Assembly (NCBI GenBank): GCA_973895155.1
Contig: OZ316891.1
Coordinates: forward strand, 17,296,095 to 17,360,094
DNA length: 64,000 nucleotides
Direction of reading: 5' to 3'
Origin: Marsupella aquatica
Lineage: Eukaryota > Plantae > Marchantiophyta
Shown: piece by piece, positions 62,257-64,000 of the stretch
Layout: each line of letters begins with the position of its first letter
Position numbering within the stretch: position 1 is the stretch's first letter
Notes under the pieces: generated by a model
Database searches by the model: none
What the model saw: the letters and a program-made list of their open reading frames with translations, nothing else
What the model was told of the DNA's origin: nothing
Program-made: the position numbers and the translations under genes

Positions 62257-63318
62257 ATGAGTGACTCGGAGGATACTGGAAGAATTGGCGTCGGTGGAGC
62301 TTCAGGATCGCGATGGTCAGACGGAGAGTCTGAGGAGGAGCTGCTACCGTTTGAGGAAGAACTAGTGACACCGGTACGAGTACGATCACCGGTGCGACGT
62401 GCAGTGGAGGAAGCTGTGTTACTACTAGAGCTGTCGGTAGTAGGAAAGAAGAGGGAGATGGCAAGATTCGAAGGAGTGAAGTTTGAGGTGGAGAAGTACG
62501 ATGGTCGTACTGATTACTTGTTGTGGGAGAAGCAAGTCAAGGGTGTTCTACGGGCCATGGGCTTAGCTCATCTGCTCTCTTCGCGAGAGCAGTATGATGA
62601 AGAGCAGGAAATTTCTGTGAGACACTGGAGACAAGAGCAGGTGATTGCTGTCAATGCAATGATGCTATATCTCAAGCCGCACATCATCAAGCAACTGGAT
62701 GATTATGCGGATTGCTCGTCACTGTTCAAGGCTCTTAGAGAGAAGTACTACCGAGAAGATGCGTCAGACCGGCTGTACAAGAAGTCTCTCTTGATGAGTC
62801 TCAGGCTCAAGGAAGGGAGCAAGATGCAGGATCATCTGGATGATTTTGACAGTCTAGCGGTGGATCTGTCAAACCTAGGAAAAGGAGTTGAAGATGAGGA
62901 TAAAGCCTTGCTTCTGCTAAGCTCCTTACCGCCGTCTTATCAGGGCTTGAAACAGGTGCTCTTGTACAGAGATTTGAAGTCCATTTCGTATAATGAGGTG
63001 GTGAGCTCATTACTGTCTGATGATGCTCAAAAGAAGTTGGGTCAATCACAGACAGCATCTTCTTCTGGCACTACGCTGAATGTGAACAGGGGAAGAGCAG
63101 TGCAGCGCACAAATGGGCAGAACAGGTTTAGATCTACATCACGGGGGAAATCTAAATCCAGAGGGAAATCGCAAGAGAGGAAGCCTCTTGCATGTTGGAA
63201 TTATGGCAAGCCTGGCCACATGAAAAGGGATTGTCGAGTAAAGGTCCCTATTGCCTCTGCTAATGCGGCATCGAGCTCGCATGAGGTAGATTTACTTGAT
63301 GATGATGACATATTGTGA
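62257..63318 (+). CDS. gag: Copia gag, copy 2 (open ORF; zinc knuckle C>Y)
   Basis: MSDSEDTGRIG...MARFEGVKFEVEKYDGRTDYLLW...CWNYGKPGHMKRDC...DDDDIL*. Confidence 0.93.
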   Translation: MSDSEDTGRIGVGGASGSRWSDGESEEELLPFEEELVTPVRVRSPVRRAVEEAVLLLELSVVGKKREMARFEGVKFEVEKYDGRTDYLLWEKQVKGVLRAMGLAHLLSSREQYDEEQEISVRHWRQEQVIAVNAMMLYLKPHIIKQLDDYADCSSLFKALREKYYREDASDRLYKKSLLMSLRLKEGSKMQDHLDDFDSLAVDLSNLGKGVEDEDKALLLLSSLPPSYQGLKQVLLYRDLKSISYNEVVSSLLSDDAQKKLGQSQTASSSGTTLNVNRGRAVQRTNGQNRFRSTSRGKSKSRGKSQERKPLACWNYGKPGHMKRDCRVKVPIASANAASSSHEVDLLDDDDIL

Positions 63319-64000
63319 TGTCAAAGTTATGCTCTCAACATAGTGTCAAATCCAGGTAAAGATGACTGGATTCTAGATAGTGCATGTACTTTTCACATTT
63401 GCTCTAGAAGAGATTGTTTCAGTTCTTACACGATTTCCAACGGGTCAGTGTTAATGGGAAATGGAATCCCATGTCAAGTTGTTGGACTTGGATCTGTAAG
63501 ATTTCAGATGTTTGATGGTGTTGTGAGAACATTAAGGAATGTGAGATATATTCCCAGCATGATGAAAAATCTCATTTCACTTGGAGTTTTAGAAGCAAAT
63601 GGCCATCAGTGGAGCTCTGCTAATGGTGTCCTTCAGGTTTCAACTGGTACTAAAGTTGTATTGAAGGGAAAGAGACATAGCAATCTATACGTTTTGGAGG
63701 GCAGTGTAGTCTATGATGAAGCCAATGAAACCTTATCTCATGAGGAGACGGCCCGGCTGTGGCACTTCCATTTGGGCCATATGAGTGAAAAAGGTTTGGT
63801 TATTCTTCAGAAGAAAGGATTACTTTCTAATTTGCAATCTTGTAAGTTGAAATTTTGTGAGCACTGTGTGCTAGGGAAGCAGCACAGGAAACCCTTTGGA
63901 GTTGGAACTCACACCAGCAAGGAGGTACTTGAGTATGTACATAGTGATGTGTGGGGTCCAGCCCCTACTCCCTCACATTCTAGACGGTTATACTATGTCA
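63319..64000 (+). CDS. pol: Copia pol (PR, GAG-pre-integrase, start of INT), in frame behind the gag TGA; partial
   Basis: CQSYALNIVSNPGKDDWILDSACTFH...LWHFHLGHMSE...CEHCVLGKQ...VHSDVWGP, open to the window end. Confidence 0.92.

Larger units (their letters stand above)
60352..64000 (+). mobile_element. Ty1/copia copy 2 (same family as 18168-24102), runs off window end
   Basis: 5' LTR 60352-60695, PBS tggtatcagagc 60698-60709, a leader homologous to copy 1 plus a 789-nt extra segment, gag, then PR and INT. The left target flank is gcctc. Confidence 0.97.

Noticed and set aside
63316-63318. Removal of the gag TGA by U-to-C editing through the neighbouring PPR protein
   Set aside because: The PPR has a transit peptide and a C-to-U-type DYW domain, and PPR editing is organellar. 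Proximity is not evidence.

Overview
Eukaryotic land-plant nuclear DNA, most likely a bryophyte (inferred from gene and TE styles; the species cannot be fixed from sequence alone). All five intact host genes are on the minus strand: a 6-exon two-domain GNAT acetyltransferase, a 7-exon plastid-type START/SRPBCC polyketide-cyclase protein, a 9-exon RhoGAP-domain protein, a single-exon membrane-anchored alpha/beta-hydrolase-like protein and a 2-exon PLS-DYW PPR RNA-editing factor. There is also a decayed P-class PPR fragment. The rest is a nested TE landscape: a full-length Ty1/copia (18168-24102, TSD AGGCA) possibly inside a small Helitron, a full-length Ty3/gypsy (28045-35497), LINE remnants, a Tourist-like MITE, and a PIF/Harbinger element interrupted by a second copy of the same copia family (60352 to the window end). 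The strongest new signal comes from comparing the two copia copies. Copy 2 has a 789-nt GT...AG segment in its 5' leader that copy 1 lacks exactly at the splice junction, which suggests copy 1 is an integrated spliced genome. Both copies also keep one in-frame TGA between gag and pol and an acidic N-terminal Gag extension, pointing to an unusual splicing/recoding expression strategy. Exon boundaries and family calls were made by eye with no database searches.
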